Of a stretch of DNA of 23,915 bases, positions 1 to 8,465 are shown piece by piece. Position 1 is the stretch's first letter; the number at the start of each line of letters is the position of its first letter. The translations under genes were made by a program, and so were the position numbers. The stretch comes from a virus. Lineage: Duplodnaviria; Heunggongvirae; Uroviricota; Caudoviricetes. Under the pieces are notes generated by a model that saw only the letters and a program-made list of their open reading frames with translations, had not been told where the DNA came from and ran no database searches. Location: positions 1-23,915 of IMG/VR virus record IMGVR_UViG_2554235190_000005; one strand, written 5' to 3'.

Positions 1-1053
1 TTACGGGGTAATGCCAACCGCTGCCGCCACTTTGTCGCCACTTGGCAGCGTTGCCAGAGGATTGAAACGGAGCGCCGTTTCCAGATGATCCGGTGCCAGA
101 TGTGCGTAACGCATAGTCATTTTTATATCGTGGTGTCCGAGAATTTTTTGTAAGGCCAGAATGTTTCCACCCGACATCATGAAGTGCGCCGCAAACGTAT
201 GGCGCAGAACGTGTGTGAGTTGACCGCGAGGGAGCACGATAGACGTTTTTTCCATCACGGATAAAAATTGAAAATAGCAGTCTGTGAAGAAATTGAACCC
301 ATCAAGCGCCATGATCTCTTCGTAAAGCTCTTTACTGATAGGGATGCTTCTGTTTTTCTTCCCCTTCGTTCTGACAAAGGTAATTCGGTATTTGGTCACC
401 TGTGAGCGGGTAAGATTTACGGCTTCACGCCAGCGTGCGCCTGTGCTTAAGCATATCTTAACTACCAGTGCCAGAATTGGGTCCTGACGTTTGCAATCAG
501 CCAGCAATTCAACAATCTGCTCATGGGTAAGCCATGCCATCTCTTTTTCTGCGATGGTGAATTTTCGCATGTTCTCCAGTGGGTTCGGATACGACCATTC
601 GCCCAGACGGGATAGTTCGCTAAAAACACTACTTAGATAGCTTTGCTCCAGGTTAATGGTGACCGGGCTTGCTCCTTTCTTCCATTTCTCGCTGAAGTAG
701 ATCTCGCCTGTCAGGCGTTTATCTCGATAGTGGGCAAACATTTTAGAGGTGAGATCGGTTGCAAGAGGATTGCCCAGAGCGTCAACCATCAACAGCAATT
801 TGTCATAGACATGCTGCCCAGCTGTCAGAGATTTACCATGTAGTTTGAACCATAGCTCAACCACGTCTTTCAGTGTTCGACGATCCACTGATTCACCCAG
901 CCAGGGCTTTGCTTCGGTTTCTTCCATCGTGTGGCGCTCAAAAGCCAGTGCTTCGCCTTTGGTGACGAATTGTTTACGCACACGACGCCCACTTCGTCCG
1001 GCGGGGTAACATTCGCAAAGCCATTTCCCAGTGGTGAGTTTTCGTACTGCCAT
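1..1053 (-). CDS. int: Tyrosine recombinase (phage integrase), P2/186 family
   Basis: ORF 1..1209 (-) has a conserved C-terminal catalytic region (..CLSTGARWREA.., ..LRHTFAAHFMMSGGNILALQKILGHHDIKMTMRYAHL..). Start set at the ATG at 1051-1053 (MAVRKLTTGKW...), preceded by GGAGGG about 8 nt upstream on the coding strand; the longer frame back to 1209 is probably untranslated. Stop is at 1..3, so attL should lie just outside the window. Confidence 0.85.
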   Translation of the reverse strand: MAVRKLTTGKWLCECYPAGRSGRRVRKQFVTKGEALAFERHTMEETEAKPWLGESVDRRTLKDVVELWFKLHGKSLTAGQHVYDKLLLMVDALGNPLATDLTSKMFAHYRDKRLTGEIYFSEKWKKGASPVTINLEQSYLSSVFSELSRLGEWSYPNPLENMRKFTIAEKEMAWLTHEQIVELLADCKRQDPILALVVKICLSTGARWREAVNLTRSQVTKYRITFVRTKGKKNRSIPISKELYEEIMALDGFNFFTDCYFQFLSVMEKTSIVLPRGQLTHVLRHTFAAHFMMSGGNILALQKILGHHDIKMTMRYAHLAPDHLETALRFNPLATLPSGDKVAAAVGITP

Positions 1054-1241
1054 AAAAAATGCCCTCCAGTAGAGAGCATTTTCACTGTATGTATAACCAG
1101 TGTCAATGTATGAAATTCTACGACCATACATCTCACTGAAGCCATAATTAAGTTGGCTATTCTTTTTGCTATGTGAGCATGTAACTTTTGCGGTTAACCT
1201 GCGGCTCATTTTTATTTTAGACGCAGATATAAAAGCAAAAG

Positions 1242-1433
1242 TTATCGTGAGTTTTTAGTACAGATTTTTTTGGATTTACTAATAGTTCCATCATTGCAAA
1301 CGAATTTGCCATCTGAGGTACAGTGAGAAACACCTCCCTTTTTCCCTGAGCAGGGATAATTTCTAGCATAGGTAGTTAGTGGGTTTAATAACAAAGAACA
1401 TGACAAAACCACAAAAAATACCTTACCAAGCAT
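1242..1433 (-). CDS. Small secreted Cys-rich, Lys-rich protein (63 aa), possible moron between cI and int
   Basis: ATG at 1431-1433 with GGGAGGA about 5 nt upstream; N-terminal hydrophobic signal-like segment ([23 protein letters not shown]) followed by a short mature part with 4 Cys; AT-rich compared with the flanking int. Confidence 0.5.
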   Translation of the reverse strand: MLGKVFFVVLSCSLLLNPLTTYARNYPCSGKKGGVSHCTSDGKFVCNDGTISKSKKICTKNSR

Positions 1434-1448
1434 AGTTTCCTCCCGGTA

Positions 1449-2105
1449 CTATTTAACATACTTGACTGTTAAACTTATAATTTTACCAATTATTTCAATG
1501 TCTTCTATCTTGCATTCGAAGGCTCTGTTTCCACCCTCGACGAAGATTCTTCCACCGGGTAAACGAGTAATGTCACGGATCGTTATTTCGCCATCAATAC
1601 TTATTACCCATTTACCATCACGTATATCATCAAATTCTTTATCACAAATAAATTCAGAATTGTTATCTGTGATGACAAAAGGTTTTTTAAACGTAGAGGG
1701 TAGAAATCCCTTATCAAAAATATAAAAACCGTCTTTCTGCAATGCTCCATCAGACAATAAATATTTTTCTACTTCTATAGTATTTGTATTTGCTGATGCT
1801 TGCTTTGAACCATGCCCTGTTGTTAGCCAATTAAGCGAGGTGCCCGTTTCAAGGGCGCACTGGATTACCCAATCTGCTGGAAAAATATCACGCATATAGC
1901 GCGTTGCCATGGTGCTCTTAGAAACACCTAAATGATCACATAGAGCCTGACGGGTACCGAACCCATATGCTTCAACTAAACGTTCTATGGCTTTCTTACC
2001 GCCGCTATTGAAATCCACAAGTCCTCCAAAGAAATCCAAAATTCGTTGACAGATTCCAAAAGCGATCTTAAAGTTGAACCAGAAGTGTTCTTTTGGAGCC
2101 TTCAC
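1449..2105 (-). CDS. cI: CI-type immunity repressor (186-like)
   Basis: 218-aa ORF divergent from the apl/cII operon; helix-turn-helix-like segment (..TRQALCDHLGVSKSTMATRYMR..); position and orientation match 186 cI. Start at 2105 is a GTG (no in-frame ATG until after the HTH), so the exact N-terminus is uncertain. Confidence 0.7.
   Translation of the reverse strand: MKAPKEHFWFNFKIAFGICQRILDFFGGLVDFNSGGKKAIERLVEAYGFGTRQALCDHLGVSKSTMATRYMRDIFPADWVIQCALETGTSLNWLTTGHGSKQASANTNTIEVEKYLLSDGALQKDGFYIFDKGFLPSTFKKPFVITDNNSEFICDKEFDDIRDGKWVISIDGEITIRDITRLPGGRIFVEGGNRAFECKIEDIEIIGKIISLTVKYVK
2046..2074 (+). promoter_or_regulatory. Candidate rightward lytic promoter (pR-like): TTGACA-N17-TAAAGT
   Basis: TTGACA at 2046-2051, 17-nt spacer, TAAAGT at 2069-2074, upstream of apl (ATG 2164). 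In 186 pR and pL are face-to-face, so a promoter inside the cI 5' region is expected. Motif match only. Confidence 0.3.
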
Positions 2106-2163
2106 TACTAATCACGACAAACAACGGCTCGCCACAAGCCATATCTAGAAGGAATGTTGCCTT

Positions 2164-2367
2164 ATGACACCTAACATTTCAATTACTCTGAATACACCAC
2201 ATGTCACAATCGAACGTTATAGCGAACTGACTGGCCTTTCTATTGATACGATTAACGACATGTTGGCTGATGGCCGACTACCTCGTCATCGTCTTCGTAA
2301 AGACAAAAAACGTGAAAAGGTAATGATTAACCTGGCTGCTCTGACTGTTGATGCTTTGTCTGCTTAA
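2164..2367 (+). CDS. apl: Apl-like excisionase / lytic-switch regulator (Cox/Apl functional analogue)
   Basis: 67-aa first gene of the rightward operon, divergent from cI, directly upstream of cII; small basic protein (..[15 protein letters not shown]..). Assigned by position and size, not by sequence identity. Confidence 0.55.
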   Translation: MTPNISITLNTPHVTIERYSELTGLSIDTINDMLADGRLPRHRLRKDKKREKVMINLAALTVDALSA

Positions 2368-2431
2368 TAGACGTCTATTTTCGCAATAAGACGCTGAGTT
2401 CGATTTTGCGATAAGTTCGGAGTTGAAAACC

Positions 2432-2458
2432 ATGTTTGATTACCAAGTTTCCAAACAT
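2432..2458. promoter_or_regulatory. Candidate CII operator: inverted half-sites ATGTTTG (2432-2438) and CAAACAT (2452-2458), 20 bp start-to-start (pE-like)
   Basis: Perfect 7-bp inverted repeat two helical turns apart at the start of cII; matches my recollection of the 186 CII site architecture at the establishment promoter pE. Confidence 0.45.
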
Positions 2459-2941
2459 CCACATTTTGATGAAGCCTGTCGTGCATTCGCACTGCGCCAC
2501 AATCTGGTGCAACTGGCAGAACGTGCGGGCATGAATGTGCAGATTCTGCGGAACAAGCTGAACCCAGCTCAACCTCATTTATTAACCGCACCAGAAATCT
2601 GGCTGCTTACCGATCTGACTGAAGATTCAACGTTGGTAGATGGTTTTCTGGCACAGATTCATTGTCTGCCATGTGTACCGATTAATGAGGTAGCAAAAGA
2701 GAAACTGCCGCATTACGTCATGAGCGCAACTGCAGAGATCGGGCGTGTTGCAGCAGGTGCGGTATCTGGTGATGTAAAAACTAGTGCCGGTCGTCGTGAT
2801 GCTATCAGCAGCATTAACTCTGTAACACGACTGATGGCGCTGGCTGCTGTTTCATTGCAGGCCCGTTTACAGGCTAATCCTGCGATGGCGAGTGCAGTTG
2901 ATACCGTGACTGGCCTCGGTGCTTCATTCGGTTTGCTGTGA
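2432..2941 (+). CDS. cII: CII-type lysogeny-establishment activator (186-like)
   Basis: Translation from ATG 2432 begins [24 protein letters not shown].., strongly reminiscent of 186 CII; GGAG 9 nt upstream. The track ORF starts 9 nt earlier at a TTG. Confidence 0.75.
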   Translation: MFDYQVSKHPHFDEACRAFALRHNLVQLAERAGMNVQILRNKLNPAQPHLLTAPEIWLLTDLTEDSTLVDGFLAQIHCLPCVPINEVAKEKLPHYVMSATAEIGRVAAGAVSGDVKTSAGRRDAISSINSVTRLMALAAVSLQARLQANPAMASAVDTVTGLGASFGLL

Positions 2942-2948
2942 GGTGCTT

Positions 2949-3245
2949 ATGCTGACGAAAGAACCATCATTTGCATCGCTGCTGGTAAAACAAAGCCCGG
3001 CAATGCACTACGGTCACGGCTGGATCACGGGTGAGGATGGAAAACGCTGGCATCCATGTCATTCACAAGATGAATTGCTGTCTGAATTGACCACGAGGAA
3101 ACGGAGAAAGTCCAAATGTATGCGGCAGAAAGTGAAGTGGTTTATCAGTTTCGTTACAGAGGGGAGAGTTATTCAGTACCTGAAGATGATTTGCTCTGTT
3201 GCTATCCGTCATTGTCGGGCGATGGCAGTTACTTTTTCACGTTAA
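2949..3245 (+). CDS. Hypothetical early protein; C-terminus uncertain (frame stays open to 3245 but overlaps the next gene)
   Basis: ATG 2949 with GAGGTG RBS immediately after the cII stop; first ~57 codons look protein-like, the last ~40 look like out-of-frame read-through of the next gene. Confidence 0.35.
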   Translation: MLTKEPSFASLLVKQSPAMHYGHGWITGEDGKRWHPCHSQDELLSELTTRKRRKSKCMRQKVKWFISFVTEGRVIQYLKMICSVAIRHCRAMAVTFSR

Positions 3246-3340
3246 AGGATGGGACGTTTTTACGGGGAGAGCAGGTTAAAGAGACGATACGAAAAAATGT
3301 ATCTCCTCTTGAGCGTTACCGTAAGAACAAAGAACGATAG
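3116..3340 (+). CDS. Hypothetical early protein (74 aa)
   Basis: ATG 3116 preceded by GGAG; translation has natural-looking composition (MYAAESEVVYQFRYRGESYSVPEDD...). Confidence 0.45.
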   Translation: MYAAESEVVYQFRYRGESYSVPEDDLLCCYPSLSGDGSYFFTLKDGTFLRGEQVKETIRKNVSPLERYRKNKER

Positions 3341-3362
3341 CTGCGTTTGGGGGATATGAAGT

Positions 3363-3704
3363 ATGGCAATTAATGGCGCTGCAGCAACTGTTCCATTAAG
3401 CCCCGGTGAACGCCTGAATGGACTTAATCACATTGCAGAGTTAAGGGCGAAAGTTTTTGGCCTGAATATTGAGTCAGAGCTTGAGCGGTTTATTAAAGAT
3501 ATGCGTGATCCACGGGATATCAATAATGAACAAAATAAACGGGCACTGGCTGCCATATTCTTTATGGCAAAAATTCCAGCTGAACGTCATAGCATCAGCA
3601 TTAATGAGCTGACCACTGACGAAAAGCGGGAGCTGATTAAAGCAATGAATCATTTTCGTGCAGTGGTGAGCTTATTTCCCAGACGGCTAACCATGCCGAA
3701 TTAA
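3363..3704 (+). CDS. Hypothetical early protein (113 aa)
   Basis: ATG 3363 with a G-rich RBS; co-directional in the early operon. Confidence 0.55.
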   Translation: MAINGAAATVPLSPGERLNGLNHIAELRAKVFGLNIESELERFIKDMRDPRDINNEQNKRALAAIFFMAKIPAERHSISINELTTDEKRELIKAMNHFRAVVSLFPRRLTMPN

Positions 3705-3771
3705 CCAACTAATGAAATTAATGGCGTAAACCCGCCGGGCATCCCTTTATCTAAATTCAGGAGAATTGATT

Positions 3772-4005
3772 ATGCGTAATATTGAAACCCTCACGACTAA
3801 AACCGGACCGGATGACGCAGGGCTTAATATTTTACTGACAGAGGCTCGTCTGGAAGAACGCCGGGCAAGGGCTGAAGCAATGGCTGCTCGCCTTGATAGC
3901 CTGGCGTGTCATATCTCATCCCGCCAGCTAAACCACGTGGAAGCGGCAGAACTGCTGCGCGTGACTGCTGAAGCAATCCAGAACGAAGCGCAGGAGATCC
4001 ACTAA
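3772..4005 (+). CDS. Hypothetical early protein (77 aa)
   Basis: ATG 3772 with CAGGAG 8 nt upstream (track ORF starts at a TTG at 3766); its stop overlaps the start of the next gene. Confidence 0.55.
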   Translation: MRNIETLTTKTGPDDAGLNILLTEARLEERRARAEAMAARLDSLACHISSRQLNHVEAAELLRVTAEAIQNEAQEIH

Positions 4006-4232
4006 TGGCTGATGCAATGGATCTCGTACAGCAGCGCGTTGAAGAAGAACGCCAGCGCCATATCCGTGCAGCCCGTGCCAAATCACCGGGCGTGTCACGC
4101 GTACTTTGCATTGAATGTGAAGCGCCAATTCCGCCAGCACGACGCCGCGCCATTCCGGGAGTGCAGCTTTGCATTACCTGTCAGGAAATCGCAGAACTGA
4201 AAGGCAAACATTACAACGGAGGTGCTGTATGA
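4005..4232 (+). CDS. TraR/DksA-family C4 zinc-finger protein
   Basis: 75 aa with CxxC-N17-CxxC (..CIECEAPIPPARRRAIPGVQLCITC..), typical of phage TraR-like proteins found upstream of the replication gene in P2-like phages. Confidence 0.75.
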   Translation: MADAMDLVQQRVEEERQRHIRAARAKSPGVSRVLCIECEAPIPPARRRAIPGVQLCITCQEIAELKGKHYNGGAV

Positions 4233-5086
4233 GCACCATCCTGAAATGGGCGGGAAATAAAACCGCCATTATGCCAGAACTGAAAAAATACCTTCCTGCT
4301 GGCCCGCGACTGGTTGAACCTTTCGCGGGTTCCTGTGCTGTGATGATGGAAACGGATTATCCCAGCTATCTGGTTGCGGATATTAATCCTGATTTAATCA
4401 ACCTCTATAAAAAGGTTGCCGCTGATTGTGAATCGTTTATATCTCGCGCCAGAGTTTTATTTGAGATCGCAAACAGGGAGGTGGCTTATTACAACATAAG
4501 GCAGGAGTTTAACTGCTCAACTGAAATTACTGATTTCATGAAAGCGGTATATTTCCTGTATCTTAATCGTCACGGTTACCGTGGTTTATGTCGCTATAAC
4601 AAGAGCGGGCATTTCAACATCCCCTACGGTAATTATAAAAATCCGTATTTCCCTGAAAAAGAACTTCGCACATTTGCAGAAAAAGCCCAGCGAGCAACGT
4701 TTATCTGCGCCAGCTTTGATGAAACGCTGGCGATGTTGAAGGCGGGAGATGTGGTGTATTGCGATCCGCCGTATGACGGTACGTTTTCCGGCTATCACAC
4801 TGATGGTTTCACTGAAGATGACCAGTATCACCTGGCATCCGTTCTTGAACATCGGTCATCAGAAGGACATCCAGTCATTGTTTCTAACAGTGACACATCC
4901 CTGATCCGTTCGCTGTATCGCAATTTTACTCACCACTATATCAAGGTAAAACGCAGCATCGGTGTGGCAGCTGGCGAGGGTAAATCAGCAACAGAAATCA
5001 TTGCTGTTTCCGGGCCGCGCTGCTGGATGGGATTTGATTATTCGCGTGGCGTGGATAGTTCTGCCGTGTACGGAGTACGTGCATGA
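4229..5086 (+). CDS. DNA adenine methyltransferase, Dam/D12 class (N6-adenine MTase)
   Basis: N-terminus [23 protein letters not shown]...[10 protein letters not shown] and a DPPY catalytic motif (..[10 protein letters not shown]..); ATG 4229 overlaps the upstream stop, GGAGGTG RBS. Confidence 0.85.
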   Translation: MSTILKWAGNKTAIMPELKKYLPAGPRLVEPFAGSCAVMMETDYPSYLVADINPDLINLYKKVAADCESFISRARVLFEIANREVAYYNIRQEFNCSTEITDFMKAVYFLYLNRHGYRGLCRYNKSGHFNIPYGNYKNPYFPEKELRTFAEKAQRATFICASFDETLAMLKAGDVVYCDPPYDGTFSGYHTDGFTEDDQYHLASVLEHRSSEGHPVIVSNSDTSLIRSLYRNFTHHYIKVKRSIGVAAGEGKSATEIIAVSGPRCWMGFDYSRGVDSSAVYGVRA

Positions 5087-7497
5087 GTCATGCCGATATG
5101 AACAACTGCTGCGGCTTTAACGAGGCTGCCGCAGCATTCTCATGGAACAGCCCGAAAAAGGCCATTAACCCTTATCTGGACCCGGCGGAAGTTGCGCCGG
5201 TTTCTACGCTTTCAAACCTGATCACTCTGTACGCTGCCGATAACGAGCAGGAACAGTTGCGCCGCGAGGCACTGAGTGATCAGGTCTGGGAGCGTTATTT
5301 CTTTAATGAATCACGTGATCCTGTCCAGCGCGAAATGGAGCAGGATAAGCTCATTAGCCGGGCAAAGCTGGCGCATGAGCAGCAGCGTTTTAATTCAGAC
5401 ATGGTCATTCTGGCGGACGTCAACGCCCAGCCTTCCCATATCAGCAAGCCGCTGATGCAACGTATTGAATACTTCAGCAGCCTGGGCAGGCCAAAGGCTT
5501 ATTCCCGCTATTTACGTGAGACGATTAAGCCATGTCTGGAACGACTGGAGCATGTACGCGACAGTCAGCTATCTGCATCTTTTCGCTTTATGGCAAGCCA
5601 TGAAGGGCTGGACGGCCTGCTGATCCTGCCTGAAATGAGTCAGGATCAGGTGAAACGCCTGTCCACCCTGGTAGCTGCGCATATGAGTATGTGCCTTGAT
5701 GCAGCTTGTGGTGATTTGTATGCCACCGATGACGTTAAGCCAGAAGAAATCCGCAAGACATGGGAAAAGGTGGCAGCGGAAACCCTGCGTCTGGATGTCA
5801 TCCCACCTGCGTTTGAGCAACTCCGTCGGAAAAGAAACCGCCGTAAACCCGTGCCCTATGAACTCATTCCGGGTTCGCTGGCGCGTATGTTGTGCGCCGA
5901 CTGGTGGTACCGGAAATTATGGAAGATGCGTTGCGAATGGCGGGAAGAGCAGTTGCGCGCTGTTTGCCTGGTCAGCAAAAAAGCATCTCCTTATGTCAGC
6001 TATGAAGCCGTGATGCATAAACGTGAGCAGCGCCGTAAGTCGCTGGAGTTTTTCCGTTCTCATGAACTGGTGAACGAAGACGGCGACACGCTGGACATGG
6101 AGGATGTGGTAAACGCCAGCAGCAGCAACCCTGCGCATCGCCGCAATGAGATGATGGCCTGTGTTAAAGGTCTGGAGCTTATCGCGGAAATGCGCGGTGA
6201 CTGCGCCGTTTTCTACACTATCACCTGTCCGTCGCGTTTCCATTCCACGCTAAATAACGGCAGACCAAACCCGACCTGGACAAACGCGACGGTAAGACAA
6301 AGCAGCGATTATCTGGTCGGCATGTTTGCTGCATTTCGTAAGGCGATGCACAAAGCCGGGTTGCGCTGGTATGGCGTGCGGGTGGCTGAGCCGCATCATG
6401 ATGGCACAGTTCACTGGCACCTGTTGTGTTTCATGCGCAAAAAAGACCGCCGTGCCATCACTGCATTACTGCGTAAGTTTGCCATCCGTGAAGACCGCGA
6501 GGAGCTGGGCAATAACACTGGGCCGCGCTTTAAGTCTGAGTTGATTAACCCGCGCAAAGGAACGCCGACAAGCTACATCGCGAAATATATCAGTAAGAAC
6601 ATTGACGGTCGTGGTCTGGCTGGCGAGATCAGCAAGGAAACGGGTAAATCTCTGCGTGATAACGCTGAATACGTGAATGCCTGGGCGTCTCTGCATCGTG
6701 TTCAGCAATTCCGCTTCTTTGGTATTCCGGGGCGTCAGGCTTACCGTGAACTTCGCTTGCTGGCTGGTCAGGCGGCAAGGCAACAGGGTGACAAAAAAGC
6801 AGGTGCGCCGGTACTGGATAACCCGCGTCTTGATGCCATTCTGGCTGCTGCTGATGCTGGTTGTTTTGCCACCTACATCATGAAGCAGGGCGGCGTACTG
6901 GTTCCCCGTAAATATCACCTCATCAGAACCGCTTATGAAATCAACGAAGAGCCGACCGCCTATGGCGATCACGGCATTCGTATTTATGGCATCTGGTCAC
7001 CCATTGCAGAGGGCAAGATCTGCACTCATGCAGTGAAGTGGAAAATGGTTCGTAAAGCCGTTGACGTTCAGGAGGCGGCAGCCGACCAGGGCGCTTGCGC
7101 CCCTTGGACTCGTGGCAATAACTGTCCCCTTGCTGAAAATTTGTACCAACAAGGGAAAGACAAATCAACTGATGGAGATACCAGAACGGATATCACCCGC
7201 ATGGATGACAAGGAGTTGCACGATTACCTGCACAGTATGAGCAAAAAAGAGCGCCGGGAACTGGCAGCAAGGTTACGCCTGGTGAAACCGAAACGGCGTA
7301 AAGACTACAAACAGCGAATTACAGACCATCAGCGACTGCAGCTCGTGTATGAACTGAAGTCCAGGGGATTTGATGGCAGCGAGAAAGAGGTCGATTTACT
7401 GCTTCGCGGCGGCAGTATTCCGTCAGGAGCAGGGCTACGTATCTTCTATCGGAACCAGCGTTTGCAGGAAGATGATAAGTGGCGGAACCTGTATTAA
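5083..7497 (+). CDS. A: Replication initiation protein (P2 gpA-like rolling-circle endonuclease)
   Basis: 804-aa ORF at the end of the early operon; size and position match P2/186 gene A. Start overlaps the dam stop; the true start could be a downstream Met. Confidence 0.8.
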   Translation: MSHADMNNCCGFNEAAAAFSWNSPKKAINPYLDPAEVAPVSTLSNLITLYAADNEQEQLRREALSDQVWERYFFNESRDPVQREMEQDKLISRAKLAHEQQRFNSDMVILADVNAQPSHISKPLMQRIEYFSSLGRPKAYSRYLRETIKPCLERLEHVRDSQLSASFRFMASHEGLDGLLILPEMSQDQVKRLSTLVAAHMSMCLDAACGDLYATDDVKPEEIRKTWEKVAAETLRLDVIPPAFEQLRRKRNRRKPVPYELIPGSLARMLCADWWYRKLWKMRCEWREEQLRAVCLVSKKASPYVSYEAVMHKREQRRKSLEFFRSHELVNEDGDTLDMEDVVNASSSNPAHRRNEMMACVKGLELIAEMRGDCAVFYTITCPSRFHSTLNNGRPNPTWTNATVRQSSDYLVGMFAAFRKAMHKAGLRWYGVRVAEPHHDGTVHWHLLCFMRKKDRRAITALLRKFAIREDREELGNNTGPRFKSELINPRKGTPTSYIAKYISKNIDGRGLAGEISKETGKSLRDNAEYVNAWASLHRVQQFRFFGIPGRQAYRELRLLAGQAARQQGDKKAGAPVLDNPRLDAILAAADAGCFATYIMKQGGVLVPRKYHLIRTAYEINEEPTAYGDHGIRIYGIWSPIAEGKICTHAVKWKMVRKAVDVQEAAADQGACAPWTRGNNCPLAENLYQQGKDKSTDGDTRTDITRMDDKELHDYLHSMSKKERRELAARLRLVKPKRRKDYKQRITDHQRLQLVYELKSRGFDGSEKEVDLLLRGGSIPSGAGLRIFYRNQRLQEDDKWRNLY

Positions 7498-7588
7498 TTA
7501 CGCGGGTTAACAATTCGTGCTCTTAATAATACCAGGCATATCAGGCTGATGAACGTAAAAAAACGTTTTACATCAGTAAGATTATCAT

Positions 7589-7608
7589 ATACTGTAAATA
7601 TAAACAGT
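7589..7608. promoter_or_regulatory. LexA box (SOS operator) TACTGTAAATATAAACAGTG overlapping a candidate promoter (TTTACA at 7566-7571)
   Basis: CTGT-N8-ACAG with an AT-rich spacer, close to the consensus TACTGTATATATATACAGTA; about 45 bp upstream of the ATG at 7651. 186 tum is known to be LexA-controlled. Confidence 0.7.
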
Positions 7609-7650
7609 GGTTATCTATACAGTATTGTTTGCGGTGTCATAGGAGGAAAG

Positions 7651-7839
7651 ATGCAGGACTATTTTTTGGAGTCTTTGAAGCTCCAGCGCATTGATTTTTT
7701 TCTTAAGCTTGTAGCGGCTAGTGAGTGTAGTGATGAAGAGAAGGGGCTGGCCCTGCAGTGGGTTTCTGAATTGACTGATGAACTCATGGCAAAAATCAGA
7801 AGCCACGAATACAACCGCTCAATGGATGTCATCAGCTGA
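7651..7839 (+). CDS. SOS-regulated small protein (62 aa), possible Tum-like antirepressor N-terminal module
   Basis: ATG 7651 with AGGAGGA RBS; first gene downstream of the LexA box; followed 10 nt later by a DinI-like gene. Confidence 0.5.
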   Translation: MQDYFLESLKLQRIDFFLKLVAASECSDEEKGLALQWVSELTDELMAKIRSHEYNRSMDVIS

Positions 7840-7849
7840 GGTGACTTTT

Positions 7850-8083
7850 ATGCGCATTGAAATAATGATCGATAAAGAGCAGAAGATTAGCCAGTCTACC
7901 CTGGACGCTCTGGAGTCCGAGCTTTACCGCAACCTGCAACCCATCTATCCCAAGACCGCTATCCGCATCCGTAAAGGGTCGGCAAACGGCGTTGAGCTGA
8001 GTGGCTTAAAGCTTGATGAAGACAAAAAGCGGGTGATGGAAATTATGCAACAGGTTTGGGAAGACGACAGCTGGCTGCACTAA
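7850..8083 (+). CDS. DinI-family protein (Tum C-terminal-like)
   Basis: MRIEIMIDKEQK...LDALESEL...VWEDDSWL resembles E. coli DinI (MRIEVTIAK...ETWESADDWF) in length and motifs; RBS GAGG upstream of ATG 7850. Confidence 0.7.
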   Translation: MRIEIMIDKEQKISQSTLDALESELYRNLQPIYPKTAIRIRKGSANGVELSGLKLDEDKKRVMEIMQQVWEDDSWLH

Positions 8084-8156
8084 GGAACGTTCCTGATGTA
8101 AGAACTTGAATCTGACGTCAGCAAGGTTGAACAACGAGAGTAGCGAGGCGTTAGCC

Positions 8157-8417
8157 ATGGGTAAAAAAGACAGTAATCACCAGATTATTTATCGGGGCTA
8201 GGTGCTGGAACGTTTAACCCTTGGCGACTGGGTCTTCTTTCAACGCCCAAAGGAGTGTGGCGGAGGTTTTTGGTTGGGCCGCATCTATGAAGACTGCTTC
8301 TGGCTTGAGCTGGAATTCCCCGTTTCGCTATATGACGGCCTGGGGTTTTTGATGGAAGTCACTAGGGTAGAGCAGAGAAGTGATGAGGTTGACGCGAATT
8401 ATCCCCTGTTTGATTAA
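8157..8417 (+). pseudogene. Hypothetical gene interrupted by an in-frame amber codon (TAG at 8199-8201)
   Basis: ATG 8157 with GAGG RBS opens a frame that hits TAG after 14 codons and continues in the same frame as the track ORF 8202..8417 (GTG start, weak RBS). Confidence 0.4.
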
Positions 8418-8465
8418 AAATGTATTAGCTTATAATGGAATACTATTTTTGCAGGTGGGGGCGCA

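Noticed and set aside
1054-1209. N-terminal extension of the integrase ORF up to position 1209
   Set aside because: The ATG at 1051-1053 has a strong GGAGGG RBS and gives an N-terminus typical of P2/186 integrases; the extension would add about 50 residues with no RBS.
643-1725. Short plus-strand ORFs inside int and cI (643..843, 931..1113, 1462..1725)
   Set aside because: Embedded antisense in well-supported genes, with no RBS and implausible composition.
2106-2230. Precise placement of a leftward pL promoter facing pR
   Set aside because: Face-to-face promoters are expected from the 186 paradigm, but no convincing -35/-10 pair on the minus strand could be identified by eye.
7549-7650. Upstream extension of the 7651 ORF (track start 7549)
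   Set aside because: The extension would translate through the LexA box and promoter; the ATG at 7651 has a strong AGGAGGA RBS.
8085-8120. Short palindromes GGAACGTTCC (8085-8094) and TGACGTCA (8113-8120)
   Set aside because: Palindromes of 8-10 bp are expected by chance at this length and have no flanking T-run or gene context; noted only as possible protein-binding sites.
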